Shown piece by piece: positions 1 to 12,100 of a DNA stretch of 64,000 nt. The DNA comes from Takakia lepidozioides (taxonomy: Eukaryota; Plantae; Bryophyta), in contig CM060733.1 in assembly GCA_030704615.1 (NCBI GenBank), forward strand, positions 68,696,001-68,760,000. Direction: 5' to 3'. The translations under genes and the position numbers were made by a program. Position 1 is the first letter of the stretch. The number at the start of each line of letters is the position of its first letter. The notes below the pieces were generated by a model. That model ran no database searches. It was not told the DNA's origin and saw only the letters and a program-made list of their open reading frames with translations.

Positions 1-147
1 CCGGGGGGGGTAGTGAGACGGGCAAGATCGTCAACCGTGGCACGTTCACATGGCGAGTTGAAAATTTTTTGGCATTCAAGGAAATCATGGAGACACGCAA
101 GATCTTCAGCAAGTTCTTCCAGGCTGGTGGCTGTGAACTTCGCATCG
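1..147 (+). CDS. MATH gene exon (start of last MATH domain)
   Basis: Frame from base 3: GTFTWRVENFLAFKEIMETRKIFSKFFQAGGCELRIG; donor GTGCGT at 148 (phase 1). Confidence 0.9.
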
Positions 148-3100
148 GTGCGTGTTTGTCGCAACTTGCTTATTTTGTATGTGGCCTGTTATGAGTTACT
201 TGTTGGATGCTTAATTTGGTTCAATCTTTTCAGACTACAATCTGACTGAATTGAAAGGACCATACTTAGAGTTAGTGTGAATCTGCTCCAGAAGAATTTG
301 ATTGCATTCTGAAAGCTGTGGGTGAATTGTAGCAAGTGCTGCAGGTCAAATTGTCATGGCTGCTTGCTCCAATGCTATGGCGCAAGTTGTGGGCCAGGCT
401 CGTGGAATTATATGATGTAGTCTTTGAAGGATGAATTGACTCCTCTTTGAACTATTTATTTTTGTGGATATCCAGCACTGTAGTCTAACATTCTTCTATC
501 AACATTGAGAACTGTCTTATATCTTAAAGTTGTTCTCGTCAGCCTGCAACATAAGAATATTCAGTCTCTCATTATGCTCTGGGCTATTCTGCCCTTCTAA
601 CATGTGCATGTCTTGTCAAGATGGTCTTGTCTCCTTTGGCCTGTTACTTTACTTGCACATCATGAGTCTTCTGATTGACTCCTTGCTGTAGATGCTGTCA
701 GTTATCCAGACCTGTCATACTGGTATTTTTAGCTTAACTTTTCAGTTTGGCAGTTCTGTTTCTCATTTTCCTTTGCTTCTGTACAGTACATCCAAGCATT
801 CAACTTTGGGAGCAAATCTTGTCAGGTAGTTATAGTGACCAGCTTGTGGCCTGCCTTTCCTGCAGGGTTGATTTCCTTAAACTTGCTGGTGAATATTTAT
901 CGTTCTTCATGAGCTGAGGATAGAATTGTAGCCACCTTATTCTCCAGTATGCGCTGAGACTTGGATTAGGCTGAGTCTCTTTGCAATGGATACTTTCTGG
1001 AAATGTGGTGGCAGGATATTGGGAATGTGGACCCTTTCCAGTATAGTGGGTTTTGATGGATTAGCCGGGTTTATTTTTTGGATGCTTCTACCAAATTCAC
1101 AAATGGTTCTGAACTTTCCATCATGACATATACAATAGTTTTAGATAGAGTACTGCCCCAGCATCCTCTGTAATAATTGAGCCTTGCAGGAAGGAAGGAG
1201 GATCTGTGTGGTGTGATTTAGAATTACAATGGCCTGTAGTTAAAAAAGATAGCAGTAGCTCTCTTTGATCAAAGGCGGAACCGAGAGGCTTTGGTCTGAT
1301 TTAGTAGAGATTTTTGAAAATTTCTCGTTAAACCTCCTAATGTATAAAATCTCTATCTTTTCGTTTTTTCTTATCTTTGATATGCTTCTCTGCTCAGTGA
1401 GATTGTATATCACTTTTTTGCTGGATGTATTCTGAGCATAAGAGAAAGAAGAACTCCTTACAGGTTTGGCTGACTCCGTTGTATAGCCTAGACCCAATGG
1501 TGAGAGTCATTTGGCAGCAACAGCTACTTATCTTATGCAAAAGAGGGTGGGTGTTTCCTTTCCGAATACTTTGGTGGTAAACTAATGTGCCTTCTTTTAA
1601 GCAGGCCTTAACATGGGAATTGGCCGGAGTCTTTCTTCCCAAGACCTGGGCTATCAGGTGCCAAAGTGATGATTTCCATGGGCGGTGTAGTCAGGTAGTT
1701 TGCAACATTTTGCAAATTCCTTAACCCTACTGAAAGAAGGAACCAAACGATGATCGGAAGCAGGTGTGTATGCCACAGCAATGCCCGACCAGTGAGCAGC
1801 GGCATGGAAGTGTGAGGAATAATTAACAGAACGAGTGCCATTCCCAAACCCCATTCTGAGCTTTTTCCACTTTCCACCCTCTCCTCTTTCTAACTCTCCC
1901 CTCTCTCCCAACATACTTTCAATAGCTGGGTAGGACACTGATTCCTTCGTACTTGCTGCTTGGCTCCCAGGTGTGTACGAATCCTTTGACACACTCTGCA
2001 TCTACCTTGAGAGTGATCAATCGATAGGAGCAGATCCAGAACGTAACTTCTGGGTCAGGTACCGCATGGCAGTGGTAAACCAGAAGCATGCTGATCGTAC
2101 AGTGTGGAAGGAGTCTTCGATCTGCACCAAGACTTGGAACAACTCAGTCCTCCAGTTTATGAAGGTCTCAGATATGGTGGAGCCTGATGCAGGCTTCCTG
2201 GTGCGGGACACTGTGGTTTTTGTATGTGAGATCCTCGACTGCTGTCCATGGTTTGAGTTCTCCGACTTGGAGGTAAGATTGTCTTTTGGACAAGGTTGAT
2301 GGTTACAGGGTAGCTAACAAAGGGGTTTTTCAAAATACTGTGTGATTTTGAAAAGAGATCGGGGAAGACATTCTGATTAGTTTGCTTGCTGGCAACAGAC
2401 CCTATGTTTATAATGGACTGGGCAGGGGAACTCGAAAGAACTAGTCGAGCTGATTCCTTGGTTCAGCTTTTGGACTACATTCTAAGAAGAAATGGAGGGC
2501 TTGGTTGTTCTTTCACCTGTACATCTGTTGTCATGAAATTTGTGCACAGACCCATGCCTTTCCAAGGACAGCAGTAACATCCTGCTCTTAGGAAGATGTA
2601 TGGGACTGGAGAGACTTCAATGAAATGGCTTAAGGTAGCATCTGGAGATTGATAAAGTTGTTATCTTCTTTTTGTTCTCACTGCATTGGGTGAATCTGAG
2701 ATTCTCTGGAGATCACATGTTTTTGTTACCTTATGTTCTCTCTGTTTATCAGTTTGAGCTTCTCACTAGTTTTAATGTACCTTTGTGCAGGTCTTGATCT
2801 CTGATGATGAACAGGATGCACTGTCCACAGATCCGGATGAGCTCTTGGACTCTGACGAGAGTGATGGCATAAGTGGTGATGAAGAAGACATCTTCCGGAG
2901 CTTGCTAGCACGGGCAGGGTTCCATTTGAGCTATGGGGACAACCCCCCGCTCCTATTGGACCCCTCCCAGCTCCAGGTCACACTGCGTGAGAAGTTGTTG
3001 ATGGATGCTGGGGCAGTGGCAGCCTTCCTTGCAGGTCTGACAAAAGCCCTTTTCTTTTCAGGAACCAGTTGCCCTTTCATAAAACTCATGTCCTGAACTT

Positions 3101-6100
3101 GGCCTCTGAAAGAGGAATTGTATTGTAGAGGGTAGGATTCGAGGACGGTTATATTAGACTTCAGTTTTAGGGCCATGCATGGTTTCATGTGGTAGACACT
3201 CTCTACCTGTTAGTGGTAATGTCATCCTCTCTTCATTGCTCTTCTTCCAACTATGGGTAAGCTGAGTACACTGCAGGACTATGTGTATGTGCTGATGTGT
3301 CCGACATTTTTCCTCTTGGATGGAACCCAGCACTTTGTCAAAGGCTCTTTGGCTATTGGTTCCATAACACAACCTTTATGTAGGCTGGAAACCTCATTGG
3401 TATCCTTCTTCGATCAACAGCCTAGTTTTGAATACCTTCATCCACCCCTTCCCATGATTCCTGAGCAGGAGACGGATTGACTCAATATACCGATTCTGAA
3501 CAGAGGTCACGAGGGTGTTCTCTGTTAGACCTCCTACCAGTGAGCATGAGTGCCTCACCTTGCAGGAGCTAGCTCTGCAGGACACCTTCAATGTGTTCAG
3601 ATTTTGTATAGTGGTCCTGGTTCCCAGTTTCTTACTCAATTCTGCTATTCGCAGTCATGGTGGACAAAGGGGTTGGAAAACCTAAAGGCTGTACCATCTG
3701 TCAACGCAGTTAAGTAGTTGACCAATTCATCTGATGGTCCTCCCTAACAGATATCAGCTCAAAAAGAACTTCGATATGGTTGATAATCTTGCAGGATTGC
3801 GGGTGTATCTGGATGATCCTGCTAAGGTGAAGCGGTTGCTTTTGCCAACAAAAGTCTCACCGGCAAATGCTGCTGGAGGAGCTGGAGTGAAGAACCAGAG
3901 TGGGGTTTCTGGGAAGGGGGAGGCATCATCGCCAAGCCTGATGAACCTGCTGATGGGTGTGAAAGTGCTACAGCAAGCTATTGTGGATTTGCTTCTTGAC
4001 ATCATGGTTGAATGTTGCCAGCCATCGGAAGGGAAGAAGTCCGGCAATCTTGGGGTTGAATTCAAGCCTCGGGGAGGACTCTCCGACGGGAACAGCGTGA
4101 GTAGCATCTTTCCCTGGCACCGAGTGGTCTAAGATCGGCTTCCAAGTCGACTGCAATACACACCGTTCATATCAGACGATGCGCATTCATTAATGAATTC
4201 CCCTCGGTGCGTGACTTAGGGTTGCATATTTTACTCTAGAGCTTTGTTCGACTTAGCTCTTGAGTTGATCTGGTACCCCCACTAAAATGAAGGAGCAACT
4301 TAGGAAATCATCAAATGCAAGTCTTCTGCTGCTTTCAATCTGAATCTGCAAGTCAAAAAGCTAGTGATGGATAGGTCGAGGCAGTATGTTTCATATGTTT
4401 GGGTCTTTCCCCTCTGAATAAGGAACTCGTGATTCTGAAATACCTTGCAACCTGGGACTGCAGCTCTGCAAATCTTCATTAGCAGGAGGAGTTGACTGGC
4501 GGGGTGGTGGTTCAGCTGTTGATACTCGTGAGGGTGGGCTGAGCCCAATTGAGCAGCGACTGGAAGTAGGAGGTGATGGGACTTCAGGGACACTGGCAGT
4601 GCAAAGCAGCGACTCTTCGACTATGGAATTGCCGGTGGGAAGGGCTGCAGCTCTCTCTGTGTCTCCTTTCCATTCTGAGCCTTCTGTAGTGCAGGAACCA
4701 TTTGTCCTGGAGAACGCCAGCAATAACAACCACTCTCATAAGGTGCCACTCGCTTACCCTTAGGGATGTCTTCTTCTGCCAGTTGTTTGAATACTAATGG
4801 AGGCAGTACTAGGTCACCCCAGACACCCAGTATCTGTCTGCTCCCCTACACCCCCAAAAAGGGTTTTCATCTTGTCATTTCCTACCATCCCACTCACATA
4901 CAGCTGGTGTCAGCCTGTGAATCCCATACCAGTGTTTATGACTTGCTGGCTGGTTCTCCATCTGAGAAAGTTTCTTGACTGCTGAATGCTTGTTATAGCT
5001 GTTAATTGTCTGTATGTGTCTGTGTCCCATGTATTGTGTCCAGCCGAAGTGGCCAGAGCAGTCAGATGAGCTACTGGGTCTCATAGTAAACTCGCTGAGG
5101 GCACTAGAGGGTGCTGTGCCACAAGGGGTTCCTGAGCCACGACGAAGGCCACAATCTGCACAAAAGATTTCCGTGGTGTTGGACAAGGCTCCCAAGCATT
5201 TGCAGCCAGACCTGATAGCTTTGGTGCCAAAACTGGTGGAATTGTCAGAGCACCCATTGGCTGCGTACACCCTGCTAGAACGACTGCAGAAACCGGATGC
5301 GGAACCTGCTTTGCGCCTACCGGTAGGCTTCTCACTGATTAACACTGTGGACATGTTGATATGAAACTTAGATGTTCCCCACAAGAGTTGAGCTATGGTG
5401 ATTATACAGGTAGACCCTAGGTATGCTCCAGTGCTACTACATAGGGTCTCTACATGAACTGTCCCATCAAAGGCTGTTTTGCCTTCCATATGGTGGCCCA
5501 ACAGATGAATCTAGTAGTCTTACAGATTTTTTTTGAGGAGTGGTGCGGGCTGGTTACACTGGCAGTGTTGAGGGTCATTTGCAGGTATTCGGAGCATTGA
5601 GCCAGCTTGAAGTCGGCAGTGATGTCTGGGAGCAGGTGTTACAGCAAGCATTAGATGTTCTGCCTGAGTCAATTGAAGAGCCTTTAGCAGCAGTGATGAG
5701 TTTTGTGTTCAAGGCTGCTGCTGAATGCCAACAATTGCCACGTGCGGTATGTACGCACAATATCATGACACTCGTCAATTATGTGACGGAACGTGATGGT
5801 CCACAAGTTTCACAAAAGTCGTCATTGCCCTGTCGTTGAACACTGACACGGAATCATTTCACCTGACATAGTCAAGAAGTGCTCATGTGTGCTTCAACTG
5901 GAATGTTGGAATCCCTATGGTATGACTGTTTAGGTTGAAATTTGAACTCTCTTTAATGTGGTGAGATTCTATGCTTGTGTATTCAGGCAAAGGCCATAAG
6001 GGGAAGGCTTAAGAAGCTGGGTCCAGCAGTTTCTCCTTGTGTGCTAGACATGGTGCGAAGGACTGTATGCAGCTGCACTGATGTAGCTGAAGCTCTTCTG

Positions 6101-9100
6101 CGGGACATCGAGAATGATTCTGAGTGCAGTGAAATTGACCTAGCATCTCCGTTAGTTCCTATTGTGTTTGGGGACACACATCATGGTGGGGCTGCGGCTG
6201 CGCAACTGCAGGTTCTCTCTCTCTCTCTCTCTCTCTCCGTCTTCGTCTGGCTGTTCGGGGTGAGTTTGGCATCCCTTCCTTAAGCTCCTGACGAGATGAA
6301 TTCAAGGTCAGATGATGGGGTCAGCTGCAACATATGTCTAATATCAGATATCCTAAGTTAATCGACTCTATATCTTGGAAGCAGGATTGCCCTGTCAAAC
6401 AGGCAAACTCCTGGCGGAAGAGAGTAGTAGAGATTCTCAAGGATCTGAATCTAAGCCCACAAGTCTTGACCCTGCTGGATAAATCTGACTTAGAGGCTGT
6501 AGTGTCCAAAGCCATGTTTGTAGTCAGGAAATTGTCTTATGAAAATGAAGTTAGGCAGAAAATTTCCCTGAACTTGTTTCCAGTCTGTGAGATGGGGGCC
6601 ATCATGGATGACCTCAAGGGTTTACCCACCCTCGGCACTAGACTGAAATTTAAACTCAGTGCGGAAAGCCTACCTTTGAACAGCAAACAAATGCAGAGAG
6701 GAAAGAGGGATTGCAATTGCCCGTTGTGTGGGCAACCTGAAGACAATAGTCATTTTCTGATTCATTGTCCTGGGTACTCTGACGAGAGAGACTCCCTCTT
6801 CAAATCCATCAAGCGAATTGTGCCTGAACCTCTGTTTACCAACTTTGAAAGTCGTGAGGCTGAGCCAAAAGCCCAGGCCCTTTTGGGGCCTAATTATTGG
6901 GCAAACCACACACAGCAGATTGTTGCTTGTGTGAAGGGATTTCTAGAGGATATCTGGAAAACTCAGATCAATTGTCTGTTCCAAGGTAAGTCATACTACC
7001 GGCGTCAGCCCCTGACAAAGGTAGTTCTGTCCCTTTGTGTTCTGCTCAAACTGAGTGCAGGGTCAATGGCCACAAGGCTACGGCAAACAACGTTTTATGA
7101 GTACATTCTCTCCGTCTTCTCCCTGCCCTCTAGGAAGCATATTGCCATTGGGTGGGCTTGAGATGGGAGTAGATAAAGGTCTCTGTGACTAAATGATGGC
7201 CTGGTGACCTCGTGTCTTTGTTTGTTTTGACCTGAAGCACTCTGCTTTGGGCAAGGTAGTACATTGGATTTAGTTGGAGAGTTTGGGGCCTCTCTCCCTC
7301 TTTAGAATTTGTCTACGCAGGCCATTCCCTGCAGCTCCTTTGGAGCGGTGATCTCTGAATGGTAACAAGTAGACCCCTGCCGCTTGGGGGCTGCCCCTCC
7401 GCCCAAAATGGCAGATGCATGCTCTGTCTAGCATGCTCGGCACTTGGCTAGGGTTGGTCCTTGTGCTTAAACTTGTGGCCTGCAAAAACTATCAATTACA
7501 TATGTCACACTGACAACATTACTCCTCAGGGTGATTCCTGGGAAATGGTTACTTATGCCAAATCTAGGGCTTCATGTGTAGTTTTTGGGGTGAATCCCAG
7601 GATGGACGATGTGTCCTTTAAACTACCTCCTCAATGTATTGATTGACAGACCTGATATTGGTACCTCTGACCACTTTCTGGTTTGGACTGAGATCAAAAG
7701 GTGTTTCCCCAACACCAAGAGATCTGTGAAATGTTCGATTCAGAAGTGGCGCAAGAAAAACTCCAAAATGAAGAGGTCAAGGCTGAGTTTGTCCAGGCCT
7801 TGCAAGAGGCTCTCCCTCACTTTGTCTATTCGCTCCAAGATCTTCAGTCTCGCTCTGGCGAGGCAAGAAATAAAGTCGAAAGAGCGCTGGATTCTTGGGA
7901 GAGCTTCGTATCCTCTGTGGCTGACAAGATCGTTGGGAGGAAACTAATTGTCTGCGGTAGAGCTGTCAATTGGTGGACCAATGAGATCAAACTCAAGATA
8001 GCCAAGAGACGAGTCCTCTATAAAGAGTGCTGCGTTATGAAAGTCAACAAAGAATTGTGGGCTAGGTACTACCAGATCTGCAGAGATACAAATCATCTCG
8101 TAAGGTCTCAGAAGAAATTATATTGGGACAAGTTATAAAGTGAAATAAACTCAAATCACCATGGTGGTAATGACAAGAGATTCTGGTTGGCCCTTCAACG
8201 TCTGTACAAGCCGAAAGATCGTAAGCAAGTACAAGCGCTGAGGACTACTAAGGGTGCAGTGGTGACTCAACGGTTGACATTGTCAAAACCTTTGAAGCTC
8301 ACTACAGTACCCTTGGCAGAAATTCTAGGTCTAACAACAGTGAGGGGTTTTCTGAAGAATGGAAGGACACAGTTGCAAAAACTGTTCCTATGATTCAAGT
8401 CAGCCCTGATGAACTGGAGTATATTGCAATGGGTAACAATGCTCCCATTAGTTCTCTTCTGAGATTGTGGAAGCAATTGAGCATTTAAAGGCATATAAAG
8501 CTGGTGGACGTGATGGCATAGTCAATGAGCTTATCAAGCATGGCGGTGACCCCGTGATAGAGGCCCTTGTACTTCTCTTTAATCTTATCTGGAGGACTTC
8601 ATTGATCCCCTTTCGCTGGTGACAGGGGGTCATTGTCAATCTACACAAGAAAGGTGACAGAGAAGAGTCGGGGAACTATCGAGGCATCACGCTTCTCAAT
8701 GCAGTTGGCAAGATATTTTGCAGAGTTAGTACTCGTCTTGAGGTTGATCTGGAATTAGAGGTTGTTTCCACGAAGGCCAAGCTGGCTTTCGGCGAAACAG
8801 GGGCTGCATGGATCATATCTTCACTCTAATAAGCCAGATTATCCAGGAAAGGAAAAAAAAGGGAAACCCACTATTGTCTTTTTCTTGGATGTCAAAATGG
8901 CTTATGACACAGTGTGGAGAGATGGTCTATGGCTTCGACTCTGGTCATCTGGGATCGAGGGAAAGATTTGGAGAGAGGTCCATAACTTGTATGCTCACAG
9001 CAAAAGCTGTGTCACTGTCAATGGAGAGAAGTGTAACTTCTTTGACATAGACCAAGGTGTAGCTCAAGGATGTACCCTCTCCCCTCTGCTCTTCAATGTT

Positions 9101-12100
9101 TTCATCAATCAACTTCTCGAGGATGTGGAAAGTGAGGGATTTGGGTCAAGGGTGGGTGATGCCACCATACCAGCCCTTATGTTTGCGGATGACTTCACAG
9201 GCATAGGGGAGACTCCATCCAATCTTCAGGAGTTGATTGATTGCACGAAGAGATACTTGACCTTTGGGGGCTAGAGGCTAATGTCAGCAAATGGGCAGTG
9301 GTGGCATTCAACGACCGTGGGGAGGGAGGAGGCGATCTCAAGTGGCAGTGGGGAAGCCAAGAGATTCCTGTCCTCCCTTCCTACACATACCTTAGCATTG
9401 AGTTTTCCTCCAACTGTAATTGGGAAGCGCATATACGAAAAGTCATTCAATCTGGCAAGCGTCGGGTCTCACTAAATCTTTCCACTGCAGAGGGATCAAC
9501 TCTGAAGTTAAAAAACCATGCTTTGCTGCATTATTAGGCCTACCTTGGAGTATGCATCTGTTGTGTGGGTTGATAACTCCAACCAGGCTAAGTCTCTAGA
9601 ATCCATTCAAGTGGGGGTGCTCAAGGAGTGCATGTCAGCATGCTCCAAAACAGCCGTTTGGGTTGAGTTTGTCATTCCTACCTTAAGCTCCTGATGCGAT
9701 GAATTCAAGGTCAGATGGTGGGATCAGCTGCAACGTATGACTAATACCAGATATGCTAAGTTAATCGACTCTATATTTTGGAAGCAGGAGCGCCCTGTCC
9801 AACGGGCTAAGTCCTGGCGGAAGAGGGTAGAAGAGATTTTCAAGGATCTAAGTCTAAGTCCGCAAGCCATGATCCTGCCGGATAAATTTGACTTCGACTC
9901 TGAAGTTAGGCAGAAACTTCCTTGAACCTGTTTCCAGTCCATGACATGGGTGAGGCCATCATGGATGACCTGAAGGGCTTACCCACCCTCGGCACCAGAC
10001 TTCAAACTCAGGGCAGGTAACCTAACTTTGAACAGCAAACAAAATGGAGAGGGATTGTAAGTGCCCGTTGTGTGGGCAACCTGAAGACAATACCACTTCC
10101 TGATTCATTGTCCTGGGTACTCTCACCAGAGAGACACCCTCTTCAATTCCATCAAGGGAATTGTTCCTGTACCTATGTTTACCAACTTTGAAAATCTCGT
10201 GGCTGAGCCAAAAGTCCAGGCCCTTTTGGGGTCTAGTTATTGGGGAAATCGCACACAGCAGATTGATGTTTGTGTGAAGGGATTTCTAGAGGATATCTGG
10301 AAAACTCGGACCATGTTCCGAGGTAAGTCGTACTACCGGCGTCAGTCCCTGACAAAGGTAGTTTCTGTCCCTTTGTGTTCCGCTGAAACTGGGCGCGGGG
10401 TCAATGGCCACAAGGCTACGGCAAACAACGTCTTATGAGTACATTCTCTCTCTCTCTCTCTTTCTGTCTCTTCCGTCTGTTGCCATGAAATTGTCTGATG
10501 AAAATGAAGTTAGGCAGAAAACTTCCCTGAACTTGTTTCCAGTCTGTGACATGGGGGAGGACATCATGGATGACCTCAAGGGTCTACCCACTCTCGGCAC
10601 TAGACTGAAATTTAAACTCAGTGCAGAAAGCCTACCTTTGAACAGCAAACAGAAGCAGAGAGGAAAGGGAGAGTGCAATTGCACGTTGTGGGGGCAACCT
10701 GAAGACAATATTCATTTCCTGATTCACTGTCCGGGGTTCTCTCACCAGAGAGACACTCTCCTCAAATCTATTAAGGGAATTGTGCCTGTACCTCTGTTTA
10801 CCAACTTTGAAAGTCTCGAGGCTGAGCCAAAAGCCCAGGCCCTTCTGGGCCTAGTTACTGGGCAAACCACACACAGCAGATTGATGCTTGTGTGAAGGGA
10901 TTTCTAGAGGATATCTGGAAAACCCGGGGATCAATGCTTTATACCAAGGTAAGTCTTACTACCAACGTCAGCCCCTGACAGAGGTAGGTTCTGTCCCTTT
11001 GTGTTCCACTCAAACTGGGTGCGGGGTCAATGGCTACAAGGCTACGGCAAACAACGTCTTATGAGTACATTCTCTCTTCCGCCCAATTGAGGCTACGGCA
11101 CACGTCTTATGAGTACATTCTCTTCCGCCCAATTGGGCTGCTCACATACAGCAGATTGATGCTTGTGTGAAGTTTCTAGGAAAGCTCGAACTAATTGTTT
11201 ATCTCAAGGTAAGTCACACTATTGGAGTGAGCCCCTCACAAAGGTAGTGCGTATACCCTATGTTTCTGTCCAAACTGGGCACGGGGTCTTTGGCCACAAG
11301 GCTAGGGTGACCCTCTTCAGGAACATCGAGAACATTGTTCTTGCACCTCTGTTCACCAACTTTGAAAATCTTGAGGCTGAGCCTAAAGCCCTGGCCCTGT
11401 TTGGGTCTAATTGCTGCGGAGCTCACACACAGCAGGTTGATGCTTGTGTGATGGCCTTTCTGGAGGATATCTGGAAAGCCTGAACTTATTGTCTTAATCA
11501 AGGTAAGTCACACTGCTGGGAGTGAGCCCCTCACAAAGGTAGTGTCTGTTCCCTTTCATTCCGTCCAAACTGGGGTGGGTTTATGGCCACAAGGCTATGG
11601 CAAGCAGCTTCTTATGAGTACATTCTCTCTTTGGGTCTATTATACCAAGGTAAGTCCCACTACTGGAGTGAGCCCCTCTCCAGGTAGTTTCTGTTCCCTT
11701 TTGTCCGCCCATACTGGGCGTGGGGTCTATGGCCACAAGGCTACAGCAAATAGCGTCTTATGACTATCCCTCTAGGATTAGAAAGCAACTTTTTTTTGCC
11801 CCTTTCTTTCTCCTCTACTGGTGTTCACTTCTGGAGGTTTTCTACTTTTCCTGTGTGTCCAACAAGCCCCTCCTGTTGGTGGAGTAATTGTCTTTTTCCT
11901 TTGTTTTTTCTCTTCTCTTTAATGCTTAAGAGAGGAGGGTCAAGAGGCCTGAGAATTCCTTACTATGAAACGTCTTCACATTATGCTGAGAAGCCACGCA
12001 GGGTCCCGAATAATAGCCTGTGGATTGGTGGACTTCCATTCTTGGTATGGCAACTAGCCAGAGCACTGACACTCAACAGGGTTGAAGTTGAAGGGCTTAC

